Part shown: piece after piece, positions 1 through 12,948 of the stretch | How the letters are laid out: each line of letters starts with the position of its first letter | Position numbering within the stretch: position 1 is the stretch's first letter | Assembly: GCA_964016885.1 (NCBI GenBank) | Contig: OZ024753.1 | Coordinates: 29,822,001 to 29,886,000 of the forward strand | DNA length: 64,000 nucleotides | Origin: Eledone cirrhosa | Lineage: Eukaryota | Direction of reading: 5' to 3' | Notes under the pieces: model-generated | The model's input: the letters and a program-made list of their open reading frames with translations, nothing else | Told to the model about the DNA's origin: nothing | Database searches by the model: none | Made by a program: the position numbers and the translations under genes

Positions 1-229
1 AAGTAGTCATTATTTTTGTAAACAATAAGTTTACAACTCTATTTATTGTTGAACAGAAGTATACAATGATAAAAGTATTTTTTTTTTAAAGGAATGAAAT
101 AATAAGCAGTAATAGACAAAGGGGGAGGATTAGAAAAAAAAAAAAATAGAAGGGAGGGGGAGATAATACACTTCTAATAATTATCTCTAACATTGTCACA
201 AAGCCAACAATTTGGCTAGGCTGCATATC

Positions 230-388
230 TCTCTTCTTCTTGCTCAACAAGGCTGGGGTCATCATAAGCCAGCGATTCCAAAGCATCATTGTGCGTAGAG
301 CTGACCAGGTTCACCAGCACCCACCATTGCTGGTGGTTCCGTGCTAGCTCCTCTAAGGTGATGTCGAGCCTCCGGAGATCTTCCCTAA
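230..388 (-). mobile_element. RTE-type LINE 3' end fragment
   Basis: Minus strand reads REDLRRLDITLEELARNHQQWWVLV, resembling an RTE ORF C-terminus, followed by a short GAAGAAGA tail. Confidence 0.5.
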
Positions 389-646
389 ATACATATATAT
401 TTATTTACACCATGCATCTGATTTTTCATGCTGGTATGAACTAGGCAAGACATTTTTTGAGGTAGTATTCTAAGGTCAGGTGACCATTCTGATGCCAACC
501 CTAATTTTTTTAGTAGGATCTTTGCACATCAAAACACTGATTTGCAGGGAATATTGTTTACACAAGACAAACAAACATCACCGCCTGGCAGTGAATACAC
601 ACATGCCCAAGCACAAACTCTCTTATTGATCATCATCAATGGTCCT

Positions 647-805
647 TTCTGTTCTCAGTTCAAATCCCGCCAAAATTAGTTATGTCTTTCATCCTTACGG
701 GGTCGATAAAATAAAGTACCAGTATTGTGCTGGAGTCGATTCGATTGACTTTCCCTTTCCCCCAAAATTGTTGGCCTTGTGCCTAAATCAGAAACCATTA
801 TTGTC
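647..805 (+). mobile_element. SINE family B copy ((ATT)n-tailed, long variant)
   Basis: Contains GTTCAAATCCCGCC...TTTCATCCTTACGGGGTCGATAAAATAAAGTACCAG...GGCCTTGTGCCTAAATCAGAAACCATTATT, shared with more than 15 other copies in the window. Confidence 0.8.
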
Positions 806-879
806 ATTTTTCATATGTATTCTATGATGGTATATGTTGGATGGGCTGTCACAATCTGGGTCAGTCCTTCTGTTAATTA

Positions 880-1560
880 TTTCTCTGTGTCTGCTACATA
901 TGAAATCTTCCTTCTCTGCCAGCCTGTGTGTATCCCACTACACCTCTTGTGAACCTATGGCTTATATTTTGTACACAGTACAGAGTTTCTATCTATTCAT
1001 CTGCAAACTGTGTGTAGTCATCTCCCAGATGTCAGTAGAGACCAGTTTTCTTTCCTACAAACTAAAACCATTGTCTTGGCTAGGTTTAATTAATTCTAGG
1101 CTTTAGTTCCACATTTGAAATTTCTTGCCTACACCTTCATCAAATTCAATTATGAGAATAAGGTCATTGATATACAGGAGTTCCCACTGACAGCTGGTTT
1201 TAATCACTTATGCTATGGCTTTGAGAACTATCATAAACAGAACCCAATCCTGATAGACAACCACCTGCAAGCTGAATTCTCACAGAGCTCATTGATAATT
1301 CTCACTTTGCTAATGTCATCTCTGTATATGTCTTCAACATCTCTCATAAGGCATTCATCAAGTTTTACTGAATGCTAGAAGACATGGTACTCGGTCATAA
1401 ACTTTCTGCAGTTCAGTAAGTGCTCGATATAGTGGTGTATTCCTTTCTAAGAAAAATTCCGTAGTTGTTGTACTAGAAAGAGAACATCTGGCTGAGGGAT
1501 CTTTCAGCCTCCATACCTAGCTGTTGTGTTAGAAAGAGATCATCAGTGCTACTACATCTT
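880..1560 (-). pseudogene. Decayed RTE-clade reverse transcriptase fragment with Cys/His-rich insert
   Basis: Minus-strand translation, with stops and frameshifts, gives ELQKVYDRVP, CQWELLYINDLILI (compare WELLYADDL), NLAKTMVL and NSVLCTKYKP*VHKRCSGI...DFICSRH. The last matches FICGRC in the 57 kb LINE. Confidence 0.75.
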
Positions 1561-2279
1561 TGTACAAACCAAAACTGAATATTATCTTAGCTAGCAGGCT
1601 TCCTAATTTGTGCTGCTATAATTTTTTCTGTTACTTTTATAATCTCATCTATCAATTTGATGCCTCTATAGTTGCTTCTTTGTAGCCATTGCTGATCATA
1701 CGAATTTGATTAATAACCTTGGTTTCTCATTTTATATTAACTGTTAATGCTCTGTGGCTTAAACTGTCTTCATCTACCAGTTCCGGAGTATATCTGCATA
1801 TTGCCGACTTTATCGCACTCTTCCAAAATAAGAGTGGATTATTCCATTCTCGTTATATCTGTATATAGTTATCTTAATTTCAATGTTTAATTAAATATCA
1901 GTGTTGCACTTGCATCACTGCAATCAATAAACTCTGGTGTAATAAATCAAACTTAAGCATTATCTGTCAGTTGTTCTTATCTAAGATCTAGGGTTCACAT
2001 AGACTAGTACCAAATGGAGTATTGGTATTTCTCTCTTTATATATACACACACACGTATCAAAGTTATAATTAGAGAAATTCAACCAAAATTCTTTAAGTG
2101 TTTATTTGCCCTCTCTAAACACTTGTCTTGCATCCTATATGTATTGAGCACACTGCCCTCCTACCTACTGGCATTTAATTTTCATAAACTAATCTCTACA
2201 CTCTCTTCTTGGATTGGATTGTACACATATATATATATATACATATAAAGAATCAGATAGCCTATGGAGATTGCAGATC

Positions 2280-3615
2280 TGCCAACCTCTAAAAACCCAA
2301 ACAGGGAGTACCATGAAAAAAGTGCCCCAAAATGAGATTTTACATAATGAAAGCTATACCCATTTTCACAAAAATGGGGTGACGAGGAGAAACAAGCCAA
2401 AACGGGGAGATCTCATTGGATGGGGAGAGTTGACAGATCTGAGATTGATGAGGCTTCAGTGGAAAGAGCTAACTTTGACTATCACTTAATTCTGAGATAG
2501 TTCAATAGAATTGTTAGAAAAAAATATTTGTAAAATATAAAGGAATCATTGAACTCTTCTTAATGTAGTATTGCATTATTAATCTAATTACTAAATAAAG
2601 CTTAAAAAAACCCCAATAAACGATATAATGAAATAGATTTTCAGTGTGCTATTAGTGATGGTAATGATGATGATGGAATATTCACAACATACTTCTATTC
2701 TGCATGAAATATCAGAAACATTTTCCTTGAATCTGACTAACTTCTGTTTGTTTTTTTTTGTCTCTAAGAAGAAAACTTGACAAAACAAAACAAAAAAGAT
2801 TAATCTGGAGACAGCTGTTTAATGGAGTTAGCTTCAAGGAGGGAAGAAAGTGAATAACAGATTGGAGTCTTCCATTTCTACCTCCTGTGTAAAAACTGGA
2901 GGAAGGCAGAAGCAGATGCTCTGTAAAGTTATTAACATGGGAGCAAATGAGATTAGAAAGTAGCAGCATTAACAGTAGGTGGAGGAGTTTAGCTTTGAAC
3001 CCTAGGGGATTCCATCTTGAGACACACAAACATACATCATCATTTAAGGGCTGTTTTTTTCCTAGTAGCAAGGAAAAAATGATGTGGGTGTATCTCTCTC
3101 TCTTTGGTGTCCCCCAAAAATGTATACATACTTTTAGAATGCTTTTGAAGTATGTATACATTTTTGGGACACTGTATATGTGAGTGTCTCAAGATAGAAT
3201 CCTTTCAGAGAAAGAAGGGTCTATAAGCTTATATAAATATGAGATGGAGGAAGGGAGATTTATAAGCTAGACAGAAAAATCAGCTGATATTGTAGGGTTT
3301 TGTTTTACACTATATTGAAAATAAGGAGTACACGAAAAGGCTGAGTCATTGTCAGAGGAAACAAGATCAAAGCAGGGTGTATGACAGTGTGAGAGGGTAA
3401 AGAAATCCTGTAGTAGGGGTTATTGTTAAATAATTGGATTTATTTATGGAGGAGTGAGGGGGTGGAGATTAAAGTTCATTTCTACTTCCTACCTGGTTAA
3501 CAATACTCCTTTGTGTATTCAGGTGGGACAATAAACGTGATGGTACTATTAATGGAAAGGGAGATTTAAGAGTTGAACCCGGGGCCAGAAGAAGCAGGCT
3601 GCGTTGGCAAATTTA
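2280..3615 (-). pseudogene. Highly decayed CR1/L2-like LINE RT remnant
   Basis: Scattered motif relics in the expected order on the minus strand: PASSGP, YYRISLPS (compare YRPISL), SDN, GIP*GS (compare GVPQGS). Boundaries are approximate. Confidence 0.4.
3106..3174. mobile_element. Tc1/mariner-type mini-MITE (degenerate copy)
   Basis: GGTGTCCCCCAAAAATGTATACA...TGTATACATTTTTGGGACACTG hairpin; same family as 20870-20948. Confidence 0.65.
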
Positions 3616-3617
3616 TA

Positions 3618-3739
3618 TTAACTCTTTAGCATTTACACTACTCTATATTTACTATTGTATGTTCATAGTGGCTGGTTTGAGTAAAAAGAGGCGAGAGAGT
3701 TCTGGCCAGATACAGCCGGTTTAAATGCTAAATCTTTAA
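3618..3739 (-). mobile_element. TTAA MITE family 1, internally deleted copy
   Basis: TTAACTCTTTAGCATTTA...TAAATGCTAAA termini; a further partial copy lies at about 4001-4101. Confidence 0.7.
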
Positions 3740-4954
3740 TCACATCCCAGGAGGATATTTTTTGCCGAATTGGTATATATAGACTCTAGTCTATTTCTAA
3801 ACAAATACAGATGTCACTGATGAAAGATTAACTAATCTTGAAACATTACTGTTTAACATTCTCAAATCATACTGGCAACTCTGTGATATATTCACAGAGG
3901 AAAATAGAGAAAAATAGTTTTTCTTTGATATACGTTAATTATATATAAATGTATAGTATATGTTTTCATATTCACCTCTATTATGCTTAAAAACTGCCAA
4001 TTAACCCTTTAGTATTCTCCAAATCTCATAGATTCGATATTATGTAAGATAAAGCCTTTAGTATGAAAATATAATAGAATATATAGAGTAATGTAAATGC
4101 TATATGTATATATATATAATTATTATATAGAAACTAGGTAAGATGCTAGTGGTTTAGCTCTTCCTTGAGCTTCTGTAGCTAGGGGTTGGGGGTCAATTGT
4201 AGGGGTATATTTTACATGTTTGGATTAGTGTGGAGGCAATTGATGGTCTTACTTACATATACACACATATACTTATTACTATTACAGATGTCTCTTTTCA
4301 CTCTTGGGTTATGTATAGTATTGCACATAATACCCACACATGGTGATGAAGGTTGGGTAATGACTGAAAGAATGATTGCAAATAATAATAGCCAAAATGG
4401 GGGTCCTTTGGAGTGATGTTACTCAATAAGATGCATAGCTTATAGATCAGGGAGTCACTTCAGATAGAGCTGCTACTTCTCTGAATCAAGAGATGACAGC
4501 TCCAGTACTACAGATGTGGTTAAAATGTTTAAAGAAAGAATCACTGGGCAGATTTTATAGGCAAAGCCAACTGACAGGAGACCCAGAGGTAGACAATGTG
4601 AAAGGTTAGATGCTACAGACCAAATCAGTACTTAATCAAAGCTACTGACCTCTAAGATGGGCCAGGGACCCACTTCCTGTTCACAAATGTTCCTGCACCG
4701 AGTGCATTTTATTAGGGCACCAGCAATAGAGAGGTTGTCATGCCTTCAATCTCTCCAGATACTTTGTCTCACAAGTTTTCTGTGGCTGGATACCCTTCCT
4801 ACCACCGCCAAGCTCTATTTGGTCGAATTCTTGGCAAGGTATGGCGTGGCCAATTCTGGCCAGAATTGTCCCTCGACATAGACAATCCGTCTAACCCATG
4901 CAAGTATGGACGCTAAACAGTGATGATGATGATTTCATATATGATTTAATAGAG

Positions 4955-5520
4955 AGAGAGACTGAGCATAAGAGGAATCAAATGCTGTGTGCAGGAGAGG
5001 CGGTTGCGCTGGTATGGACATGTGATGCGTATGAAGGATGACAGCTGCATAAAAAGGTGCAGAGCACTAGAAGTTGATGGAAACCGCGGAGTGGGGAGAC
5101 CCAAGATGACCTGGGATGAGGTGATAAAAGCCGACCTTACCCAATTACACCTCTCAAAGGCAATGACACACGACCGTGACTTCTGGCGTCACGCAGTAAT
5201 ACAGAGTACCCGACCTCCCATGGGTCAAGCTGAAGCATATAGACAATATGCCCCCACCGCAAGGTGGTTGTGGAGGTGCCACGGCAAAAAAAGCAACCAG
5301 CCCACACTGTAAAGTGGATGTGTAGGCGCCACGAAAAAGCACCCAGCACTCACTGTAAATGAGGTTGGTGTTAGGAAGGGCATCCAGCTGTAGAAATCAA
5401 GCCAGATCAGTTCCTGTATGAGCAAGGCATGGTCAGCCGACCAGACACTGCCCACAACAGGACAACCCGTCTAACCCATGCTAGCGTGGAAGAACGGACA
5501 TAAAACGGTGATGATGATGA
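4955..5520 (+). mobile_element. 5'-truncated RTE LINE with long 3' UTR and (TGA)n tail
   Basis: ORF 4989-5312 encodes RRLRWYGHVMRM...GRPKMTWDEVIKADL...DRDFWR, a typical RTE C-terminus; the element ends in GATGATGATGA. Confidence 0.9.
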
Positions 5521-8500
5521 CACAACTCCAGTCACATCTCAATCATGCTACACCAGAGCTTCACAACCTCTCATTAGTTATATGTATAAACATGTTTTTT
5601 GAGAGAAAATAGAATTACATTCTAGACTATTGTTGCAGCCAATTGCCTTTCTGGTCAACAGTATATGCAAGCTGGTTGGAAAGGATAGGAATAGAATGAC
5701 TAAGTGGTGTAGACTTTCATCTCATGCATAAAGAAAGTCCTGTTTGAAATTAGATCCTTTCTTTATATTTAAAACTGGAGTAGGGTGTTAAGTATGAATT
5801 TTCTTTTTAAGATAGACATTGGAGCAATATTATTAGCACCTGGATGCCCATGCCTTATCAAACAGTTCTCAGATGCTTGCTAGTTGTCTCACCTTTGTTT
5901 CATAATGTTTTAAAAGTGTTGTTGTTAAGTAGTAATTATGATAAATGTAAAGGCAAGCATATCACCATGAAATAGTGATGACATATAGGTGGACTAATTG
6001 AGTGACAGAGTAGACACTAAGGCAGTGGAGAAGCACTAGAGGGTGGCCTAAGGTAAGATGGCACATCAAACTAAACTGATACCTTGCCCCAACATGGCCA
6101 GAGATAAGAAACAGTGGAGTCAACCAGGGAGAGGTTCTTCCCACAAAAGTGATAAAGCCCTAGATTTGGATATAGGTTATGATAGTATTTCAAGCATATT
6201 AAGATATTTTACTGTACTTGCATTTGTTTTCTTTTCCCTGCTGGCATGGGTTCTACCTGTTTTATTACATACATATAATACATGGATGTGTGATTAAGGA
6301 GATTGCTTCACAAACATGTAGTTCTGCTGTACTGCAACTTGGCTAGGTGCTTTTACTATAACCTCGAGTTGACTAATGCCTTGCAAGTGAAATTTGGTAG
6401 ACAGAAACTGCAGCTCATTGTATACATACGTACATCTGTCCATGTCCTATAACTTAACAATTAAGCACTTGCCTTGAAAAAAAAAAATCATACGGTTGCA
6501 GGCTTCCTGGACTAGATGGCATGTATTCTTGAGCAAAATACTTTTTCCTGTTGCTCATTTTGCCAAGAGTTAAGACCAATGGAATCATTGTTTCCTTGGT
6601 TCAATCTGCAAATCTGGTTTTCATATTTATTTTTTGATAGCAAATTCTCAAGATTCTAATGTAATTAAACTAGGAATTTGGTTGTCATACTCTTTGTTAA
6701 TTTCCCTTTGATAATCTATGAGATTATCAAGTTTGTCTTCCTTTATAAATTTTCTAAACTAAGTAGCTATAGAGTAAAGAGCTTTCTTTGGTTCTGCAGT
6801 GAACATGGAAACCTCAGTAGTGCTGGTACCATAATAAAATGTGCTCTGTACACACTGTAAAGTGACTGGATTCATGTAAGGAAAGGCATCAATCACAGAA
6901 ACACTGCCAAACATGAGATAGTCATCTAAGCTATTTAAGAGAAAGTAAGAACACAATTGGAAGGTAACAAACTATGTCAGCAAAGAAAGTAGATGTAGTA
7001 AACTGACGAAGACAACACCATATAAACATATCTTATTTCTTTAGAAATACAAAATTCCAATACATATCTATATACAGCTATGCTCGAAGATAAATTCTAA
7101 TTCGATTCTAAGTTGAGCCAACTTATACAGCTTCATATGCAGATGAGCTTAATCACCTCATTTACACAGACGAGAAAACTATATATTCTCACCCGTTTTC
7201 AAGTCCAGCAGTTGCAAGAGAAGGAGGGATCGTCCTAATGAGAACCAGTTCAGTTTGAAATGCATCACCAATTGGCCTCATTGCCTCTGCTGGACATTGC
7301 CAGGTGGCGATAGCCACCAGTGTTTTTGCATAGCTACAGCTTTCTAAATGTTTTTCTATAAACATACCGTATTTCTTTAGAAATACGAAATTCCAATACA
7401 ATATGAGATTGCTTTGGAACATTAAGTAAACTCAAACACAAAAAAGTCAAACAAAGAAAGGAGTCAACACATTTGCATATCTTGGATAGTGGGTGGAGGT
7501 GGCTTTCATTATAATTTGGGGTGGGTGGGTTGGGGCAACTGGTATTTTGTTTCTGGTGTTGGTATGATGAAAACTCCTGTTGTCCTTGATTGTTAAGATG
7601 TCAGAGAAAACTCACTCAGATGCAAGGGCCTGTGTTGTTGATGATGATTCCGCTAGACAAGTAAGTTGTCCTGCGATCAGATGAGCTGTCAGATAAATGT
7701 TAGTCCATTAGAAATGCTGCTGTCATACAATGGAAGATGAGATGAGACGTCAGTTGAATCAGTCAGCCAAATCAGATTCCACCATTTGTCTGCAATGTGA
7801 GACATTAGTTTCAGAACTTGGCAAAATGATGTTACAGCATGCCAAGAGAAAAAATCTCTGCAAGAAATTTTAAAATCACAAAAAAAAAAAGGTTAAAAAA
7901 AAAAGAAAAAAAAAAAAAATTCAAAAATGGCTCACATGAAAATCCAATGGCCTTTGACAATGTGAAAAGTCCAAAAGTCTATGAAAATGGTGGAATGAAA
8001 GCACTAACCAATCTTCTGTTATGTCGAGATATTTCTGAAGTTGGGAAAGGGAATTTTTTTTTTTTTTATAATTTTTTCCGGAGTTTTCTCTAAAAAAACA
8101 ATGGGTTTGTAAAAAATAAAAATTTACAATAAACATTTTTATCAAAAAATTACAGTTATTCACATATTGCACAGCATCAAAGAAGTCTTTATCCTTGTTC
8201 AATGCTAAGAATTTTCTGTAAGATTTAAAAAAAAAATTTAAAAGAAAGGACTGTCAGTCTCAGACATGTTTGGTCAGATATGCAAATTGATCAGGAGTTG
8301 TGATTAAAATACCAGAAGGGGAGTGGAAAGGGATAGGAGGAGTGAAGAAAACTGCCAAATGAAAAGGTGTTGTGTGACATGAACAAATATCAATTATACA
8401 ATACCAACAATACTAATATACAAACAACATATCCATTAATTTCAGCAAGATAGATTTATTCTTGGCATGGTCATTGTAATAACCGCAATAAATCATGCCA

Positions 8501-9911
8501 AGAGAAACACACTAAGGCCTAAAGAAAGCACTCCAAGTCAATCACCAGTTAGCAACATTTAAACTATCACACAATATTAGCAGACAGCTTCTGCAAGCCC
8601 ACTATTTTATTTAGAATCTCAAGATTACTGGAAATAAATCTCAAGTGAAATTAACTAGTATTCCTTTGTTTCAAAATCATGAGTATTTCAATTTTGCATC
8701 TTTTAAGAATTCTCAGAATTAGAATCAAATTATTTACAATATAAGGAATACTTAGAAGTATTGTTAACATCTTTTACCAACAGAGATGACTTGGTATAAA
8801 AAAAATTGACAGAACTTATTATTGCCCACAAATTTCTGGGTGGGTCTTTGTAGAGTAACAATTACAAATATTTTAACCTTCCAAAAAGTTCAATAAACTA
8901 AATGTTTATCAATATCGTAATTTGTATAAATAAAAATATTAATTACAATTAAATTTATCAAATAGATATTTTACCAAATGTAAAAATGAACAAGACTAAG
9001 TAAAAAAAAAAAAAAAAATGCAAAGTGGTTCCACCTAACATTTGCTCTCTTTACCTGTCAATGTTCACTACATAGTCTAAAATAATTAAGATAAACTATT
9101 TGCAAAAAACAACAAAAAGTAAAATAATAAGGAAATAAAATGATTTTACTAATATGAAAAAAAAAAAGTTTGATAATTTGAAACTTTTAGAAATAGACTT
9201 ATTTGTTAAATATTGCAATTAAAAATTCTGTCAATTTAAAATGTTCTTAGACCTTCAAATAGCTTAAAAGAGCTGGCACAATATAAATAAAACAGTTCAC
9301 GGGTACTAAATATACCAGTTTACAGTACAATGTTGGAAGAAAGACTAATACAGAAATATATTTCCTAACAATTGTGATTATAGAAAATAAGATTTTAGAT
9401 GGAGAGAGATTTAGAAAAAAAAAAAAACTCATCCCAAATTTATAATAAAAAAAAAAGCATTCATGGGGATAAATAATAGGTATGTATATATAAGAGCAGA
9501 TAGTTGAAAAGGCATAACAAATTTAGTCGCATTAAATCTGTTAGTTAAAATTACTGTAAGAATGTTTATATTTTTGCATCCTAAATATTCTTAGTTTAAA
9601 GTAAATTCTCAAGCTATTATTTATGAAATCATATTCTTTGGTTCTATTTAATTATCACTATAGCGATCACAATATGAAATCATAACCAAGAAGAACTGGT
9701 TTTTTAAAAAAGAATTTAGCTTCTAGAAAAATACTTATAAGAATGCTATAAAGAAAGCCGAAAATATAAGACGAGTCTATACATTGATTATTTAAAAACT
9801 AAAAGATGGCCTGCCTCTATTTTATTTTCTACTATGCCTTCGTAAATCTTAATTCTTTTTCAGCATGGAAAAAAGTCTAAGCTTCTGCTATTTTAGAGAG
9901 TGTAAATTCTA

Positions 9912-10095
9912 ATAATGGTTGCTGATATAGGCACAATGCCAGAAATTTTGGGGGAGGGGAAAGTCAATTAAATAGACCTCAGTACATTACTGATAAAATA
10001 AAGTACCATATCGCACTGGAGTCAATTTAATCGACTTTCCCCTCCTCAAAATTGTTGGCCTTGTGCCTAAATCAGAAACCAATAATATTAATAAT
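9912..10095. repeat. Two SINE-B 3' halves in inverted orientation
   Basis: TAGGCACAATGCCAGAAATTTTGGGGGAGGGGAAAGTCAATTAAA versus TTTAATCGACTTTCCCCTCCTCAAAATTGTTGGCCTTGTGCCTA. Confidence 0.7.
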
Positions 10096-11779
10096 AATAA
10101 TTTAAAAAAAAATGAAATTAATAGTAGGTTCGTTTCCTACCTCTATAAATATTGATAGCAATAAATATTTTGACACATGTAGTAGGAGTTAAAATTTAGA
10201 GATTTCAAAATGACTTTGATATAAAAATAATCAAAAACTAAAAGCAAGAAATATATGCAATCTGCGCATGTAGTAAATTCTGTTTAATTCCATAAATATT
10301 TCTCAGAGATCTTACTATATATAATAAAGAAAAAAAAATTAAACAACACTATTTTAGTTGCCAGCTAAAAACTATCCTTTCTACGTATTTTTACTTAGAA
10401 TTTGGTTATTCTAAAACTTAATTCAAAATACAATTTTTCGATTGTTTTTGTTCTAACTTAGTTTCTGGAGGAATTTTTTCCAAACAAAACAAACTCAAAT
10501 TGTACGATAAATATATGCTAAAAGGTTTTAAATGAGATAATTTCAAGAACGGTTCAACCTAAAAACAGTTCTGGAAAATAAATTGTATCAAAGCACTCCT
10601 AGAATATTTGTTACAAAAAATAATTTTGTGTTGAATCACAGTAAATAAAGTCACCAGAAAAAAAAAAAAAAAAAATAACAGATGAATTTATTATTGAGGA
10701 AGCATATATCTGGGTATAGCTTGGTTTAAATCCATCAATTTCAAATGGACAGTGAATAGAAATGATCTCAAACCCTACATTTTATACAGCAAACACACAA
10801 ATGCTCATTTACTCCACACACTCTTTCATATATATATATATACCTAGCGCGCACTTTCTTTCACCAATGCAATATACATACGCACCACGCATATATATAT
10901 AATTATATATATATATATATATATAATTATATATATACATGAATATATATATATATACTTATTTATAATATATCAATCAATCATACAAAATACACACGCA
11001 TCATTAGATCCAACTTTCACTGTCGCCTGCCAAAGGATTTTGAATATCTATCCATCGGTGGATATGTAATGAATGAAACAGGGGGTTAGGAAGATGAGGG
11101 AAAAGGGGGGCAAAAAATAACATACTATTTATCACATCGAGATCTATACAAAAGTTTATATTTTCATTATCACCACAGATTTTTAAATCATCGAAAAGGT
11201 TTCTTCTTTTCAGCAGTTTGTTTAGATTATATTCCTGAAGGGGGTGAAAAAAGCTGCTTTTAGAGTTCGCTTACATTTCAGATACCAGAGCTTAGCCAAG
11301 ATCTGGAGGGTACTTAAGATTAAAAAAAAAAAAAAATAATATATATATATATCCAGCCTAGAAATTCCATAAATTTTTCTTTTAATGTTACATAAATCAG
11401 TCACGAATTTCGAACTCGTTAAATTTGTTATACTGTAAAGACGAGAAACCGTGATGGTTTTTATCTCCGAAGTTAAACTTATTAAAAAAAAAAGCATTTC
11501 AAGATTTTCGCCAAAATGTCTGGCCAAAGACATTGTATCTCGCCCTCTTTGCAATATTTTAATATTTTTAGTATATATAATTATCAAATATAACAGACTG
11601 GCCAATTTAATAGCTTTTATTTGCTTATTTATATAGTTTTATCGTCAGTTTAATATTTACTTATATAGTACGAGCTCAAAATCCGAATGAAAAATTTAAG
11701 CAATCTCAACTGGAAGTACCAAGTACCAGAAACGAAGTATTTAGGTTTGCAATAAGAAACTCATTCTGTAGAATACATA

Positions 11780-12125
11780 CATAAATATATTTATATATAT
11801 ATACATGAATATAATTACTTATGCATATATAAGATACATATATACGTGTGTAGATATGATTATATATATATGCAAACATATATATATACTTGTATATAAG
11901 ATATATGCATACATATATATATATATACTTGTATATATGATTTTTTATATATATATATATATACACATACATATTTACTTATGTATGTATATATATATAC
12001 CTATACACACACATATATATACTGGTGCATATATATATATTTACTTAAGCATATATACCTATATATATATATATAAATATATATACACATTTATATACAT
12101 AAACAATTTATGTATATATATATAT
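11780..12125. repeat. Compound (TA)n/(CA)n microsatellite
   Basis: Seen directly. Similar tracts lie at 10830-10970, 16300-16420, 19520-19700, 19878-19941, 30903-30964, 47750-48080 and 58087-58137. Confidence 0.95.
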
Positions 12126-12456
12126 GGAAGCGATAAGCTATGATCTGTCAATATAAGATATATATAAATATAGAATCAAAGATATATTTATATTAAAAAA
12201 AAAAAAATGTCGACCTGTTCATTTGGCAGTTATAGATGGTGGTGTATAAGACCACTGGGGCAGGGGACCGAAAGGTGTGCAGTGTTTTGCCTTTTGACAC
12301 ACCACACCTTCATGTGTAGTGAGAGAGAGAGAGACAGGGTAGCGGGGAAATAGGGGTGGCGGGTGAAGACGGGACGAGTTGAATTTAACACGTATGAAAG
12401 GTCTGGTGAATCGTTTGATATGGCAGATTTTGTGGCATGTACATATACACACATTT

Positions 12457-12488
<32 letters not shown>

Positions 12489-12948
12489 CAATTTATATCT
12501 ATATCTCGTCAGTAGAAAAAAAAATGTGCCTTCACTGAAAAAAGGCACATTTCGTTAATACTGATCCATAATTATTATAAAAATATTTGGAATGTTCGCC
12601 GATCAGATAACACAGATTTTTAAAGAACTGTTCGGAAGTGGTTCTTATTTTTCACATCTTTGATTACCCCCCACCCAGACGTATTTTCTTGGCTTTTTCT
12701 TAAAAATCATTTTGTTATTTACTTATTTCGTATTCGTCGTCGTTTTTTTATTTTCATCTTTTTGTCATCTTATATTATTTTCTTCTTTCCTTGTTTTCTT
12801 TTGATTCTGTTCCTGTTCTCTATTTTTTTTTTCGTTTTTTTAAAATTTTTTAATATATATTATTTTGTGTTTTGTTTTTACACAAGGGAGTCCAGATATA
12901 CCACGATCTGTCAATCATCTGTCTGTCTGTGTGTGTGTCTCTTAATGT

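Noticed and set aside
11706-12143. YIYI/HTHT-rich ORFs here and at 16.0-16.4, 19.5-20.2, 44.9-45.4 and 47.9-48.2 kb
   Set aside because: They are translations of dinucleotide microsatellites.
12530-12545. Iron-responsive element (CAGUG in a hairpin loop)
   Set aside because: It lacks the 5-bp upper stem and bulged C geometry of an IRE.
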